Source of the DNA: Alphaproteobacteria bacterium | Lineage (GTDB): Bacteria; Pseudomonadota; Alphaproteobacteria; UBA828 | Reading direction: 5' to 3' | Assembly (NCBI GenBank): GCA_963667785.2 | Contig: CAXXMU010000005.1 | Coordinates: forward strand, 256,001-320,000 | Length of the DNA: 64,000 bases | Shown here: positions 62,115-64,000 of the stretch, one piece after another | How the letters are laid out: the number at the start of each line of letters is the position of its first letter | Numbering within the stretch: the first letter of the stretch is position 1 | Translations under genes and position numbers: made by a program | Notes under the pieces: generated by a model | What the model saw: only the letters and a program-made list of their open reading frames with translations | What the model was told of the DNA's origin: nothing | Databases searched by the model: none

Positions 62115-62128
62115 TTGATCTGGATTAG
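62115..62128. promoter_or_regulatory. FNR/FixK-type box, copy 1
   Basis: TTGATCTGGATTAG vs consensus TTGAT-N4-ATCAA. Confidence 0.55.
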
Positions 62129-62607
62129 TCTGTTCGTCTGTAGGCGCCACCGGACGCTCGCCGCCGGGGGCTGGTCCGTGTCCGGTGCCCCAGCCAGAGC
62201 GCTGCAATCCACACCGGCACGCTCGCCACTGCCGCGCAAACCGCGACTTCAGCAGCCTCGTGCCACCCGGCCGCAAGCGAGAGCGGCAGCAGGGGCGCCC
62301 CAAGCACGGTGGCGGCCGCCCACGCCGCGCCGGAATACCGGTTCTGCGCCAGCCCATGGCAGGCAGCGGCGAGCGGCAGCCCCCCTGCCGCCAACATGGC
62401 AAGAGAAATCCACGCATCGGCCGCCCCTGGCCAGCGCAAGTCGCCGGTCGCCGCGGAGAGGACGCAGAACCCGGCCGGCAACCAGATCAGGGCGAGCAGA
62501 ACGATCGCAAACCGGCGCGCCAGCACCCATATCCCGTGCTCGCTGGTCCGACCCAAGAGGTTCCTCGGCGGGTAGCGAAGGCGTGTAAGCGAGATGGTTT
62601 CGCTCAT
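62125..62607 (-). CDS. hypothetical membrane protein
   Basis: AAAGGAGG SD; four hydrophobic helices. Confidence 0.65.
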   Translation of the reverse strand: MSETISLTRLRYPPRNLLGRTSEHGIWVLARRFAIVLLALIWLPAGFCVLSAATGDLRWPGAADAWISLAMLAAGGLPLAAACHGLAQNRYSGAAWAAATVLGAPLLPLSLAAGWHEAAEVAVCAAVASVPVWIAALWLGHRTRTSPRRRASGGAYRRTD

Positions 62608-62717
62608 GCGAGCCTCCTTTCGTCCGGGTGACCGGCGCTGTCCGGCAAGACCTCGTCGAAATCCGGACAGGCGGATCAGACGGAAACGGGAAGTGGCACG
62701 CCGCCTCTTAGGGAGAA

Positions 62718-62731
62718 TTGATCTGGATTAG
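62718..62731. promoter_or_regulatory. FNR/FixK-type box, copy 2
   Basis: Identical TTGATCTGGATTAG. Confidence 0.55.
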
Positions 62732-62759
62732 TCTCTTCGTCTGCTCGCGTGCGTTGACT

Positions 62760-62930
62760 CAGCGTTGCGCGCGAACGCCCACCGGACGCATCGCTCGGAT
62801 GCGGTCGAACGGGTGGACCTGGTTCTCCTCCCCGACACGGAGGACGACCGGACGGTCGGGCGTGTTGACGCTGCGCCCGGCGATGTCACGCATGTCGTCT
62901 GTGAAAAATCGCGGTTTCCGGGACCAGGAT
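62760..62930 (-). pseudogene. IS630-family transposase fragment
   Basis: Minus strand reads FTDDMRDIAGRSVNTPDRPVVLRVGEENQVHPFDR, colinear with the IS630 consensus FVEKVRDIVGLYxNPPDxAVVLCVDEKSQIQALDR. Confidence 0.6.
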
Positions 62931-63773
62931 TTAGCCGCCGACGCGGTGTGAAGTCGGCCGGCTCGCCGGTTGGTGATCGTCCCCGCCGGCGGTCTCGGCC
63001 AGGCGCTTACGATCGAGAATTCTCAACACCCCGTGCTTCAGCACCAAAAGACCCTCCTCACGAAGCTCGCGCAGCATGCGATTGACATGAATGCTGGTGA
63101 GTCCGAGGGCGTCGCCGATGTGCTCCTGCGTCATCGGCAAGGAAATCTCGTCTTCCCGCTGTGAGGCCGACCACGGCCGACCCTGCCGATAGAGTTCGAG
63201 AAGCAGCGCAGCAACGCGCTTCTTGGCGGTCATGCGACCGAGCAGCGTCAGACGATGCAGTGACCGGCAATGGGACCGGCTCGCGGCGGCGGCCAGCCAC
63301 AGCGCAAGCGCCGAATTCGACCGCGCGGCGCGGAGGAAGCCTGCCATCGAAAAACTGCACACCCGGACGGTGGTCAACGCCTGGACGAAATAGGCCGGCG
63401 GTGCATCTCCGTCCGGTTGAAGTCCGACAATCGAACCAGCCGGCAGGAAGTCGAGTATCTGCCGGCTGCCGTCGTCGAGCAGCTCGTACTGAACGGCCCA
63501 GCCCTCGATGATGACGTGGAAGTCGCCGCAGGGCTCGCTCTGTTCGACGATGTCGTCGCCGGCGGCAACGATGCTCTCCGAAACCCAAAACGAAGGAGCC
63601 GTGCGACCATTGGCTTCCGATTGCGTCGCACATGGCGACAGCGACCTTACACGGCAGCCCTCACACCAGGGCGCCCGTCGTCCGTCGCAACAGTGGTCCC
63701 TGCGAGCAAGGCACGCCCCCGGATTGCGCGCGTGGCCTGGACCCGATCGATCTTGAGAGGGTGCAACCGTCAT
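62931..63773 (-). CDS. Crp/Fnr family transcriptional regulator
   Basis: N-terminal CEGCRVRSLSPC, DGSRQILDF cNMP-like domain, HTH MTQEHIGDALGLTSIHVNRML. Confidence 0.9.
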   Translation of the reverse strand: MTVAPSQDRSGPGHARNPGACLARRDHCCDGRRAPWCEGCRVRSLSPCATQSEANGRTAPSFWVSESIVAAGDDIVEQSEPCGDFHVIIEGWAVQYELLDDGSRQILDFLPAGSIVGLQPDGDAPPAYFVQALTTVRVCSFSMAGFLRAARSNSALALWLAAAASRSHCRSLHRLTLLGRMTAKKRVAALLLELYRQGRPWSASQREDEISLPMTQEHIGDALGLTSIHVNRMLRELREEGLLVLKHGVLRILDRKRLAETAGGDDHQPASRPTSHRVGG

Positions 63774-64000
63774 CCACCCCTCCCGATCCTCGCAGAGCCG
63801 TTGTCATAGTCTTAGGTGCCGGGCGAACGAGATGCACCTCAGGACTTGTGCTTACGTACAACTGCCTAACCCCGCACACGTCCAATCGGCAGGTATGCCA
63901 CCGTGGGTCGTCCGCCGGCTCCGGGGGGGGCCTTCGAACAGGACGATCGACGCCTCACCGCCGAAACCATGGCCGGCGGTCTGGACGGAGCCATTCCTGC

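Larger units (their letters stand above)
62058..62743. repeat. diverged direct repeat (83-bp units at 62058-62140 and 62661-62743)
   Basis: ATCCGGACAGG...CCTCTTA.GG..AATTGATCTGGATTAGTCT.TTCGTCTG present twice, 603 bp apart. Confidence 0.85.

Overview
High-GC alphaproteobacterial (Rhodospirillales-like, inferred) chromosome segment in two parts. 1-35693 is mostly core genome: SCO, cobA/cbiD/cobK, a long minus-strand cluster (hpf-ptsN-hprK-rapZ-EIIA-ptsH-ptsI-ahcY-tsaE-amgK-murU-addB-addA), tRNA-Thr, a phasin with a PhaR-type operator, purN, DUF2066-hdaA-ppk1-ppx, tRNA-Leu, purine/pyrimidine catabolism and uptake genes, a pyridoxine 4-oxidase-like gene, glnT/gmaS and tRNA-Arg(CCG). From tRNA-Arg to the end is a mosaic accessory region with AT-richer patches. 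It holds an orphan helical protein ending in an SSB C-terminal tip motif (DLDDDIPF), a phage-type HNH remnant, a TonB receptor, and a non-autonomous IS1595-family cassette (24-bp TIRs, deleted transposase) carrying a frameshifted DNA methyltransferase-HNH fusion with a G12 tract. It also holds an MmeI-like type IIL RM gene coupled to an unknown partner, TbpB-like lipoproteins, transporters, an S8 protease, several decayed genes, and a duplicated FNR-box promoter module beside a Crp/Fnr regulator. All calls come from motif recognition by eye; no database searches were run. No CRISPR array was seen.
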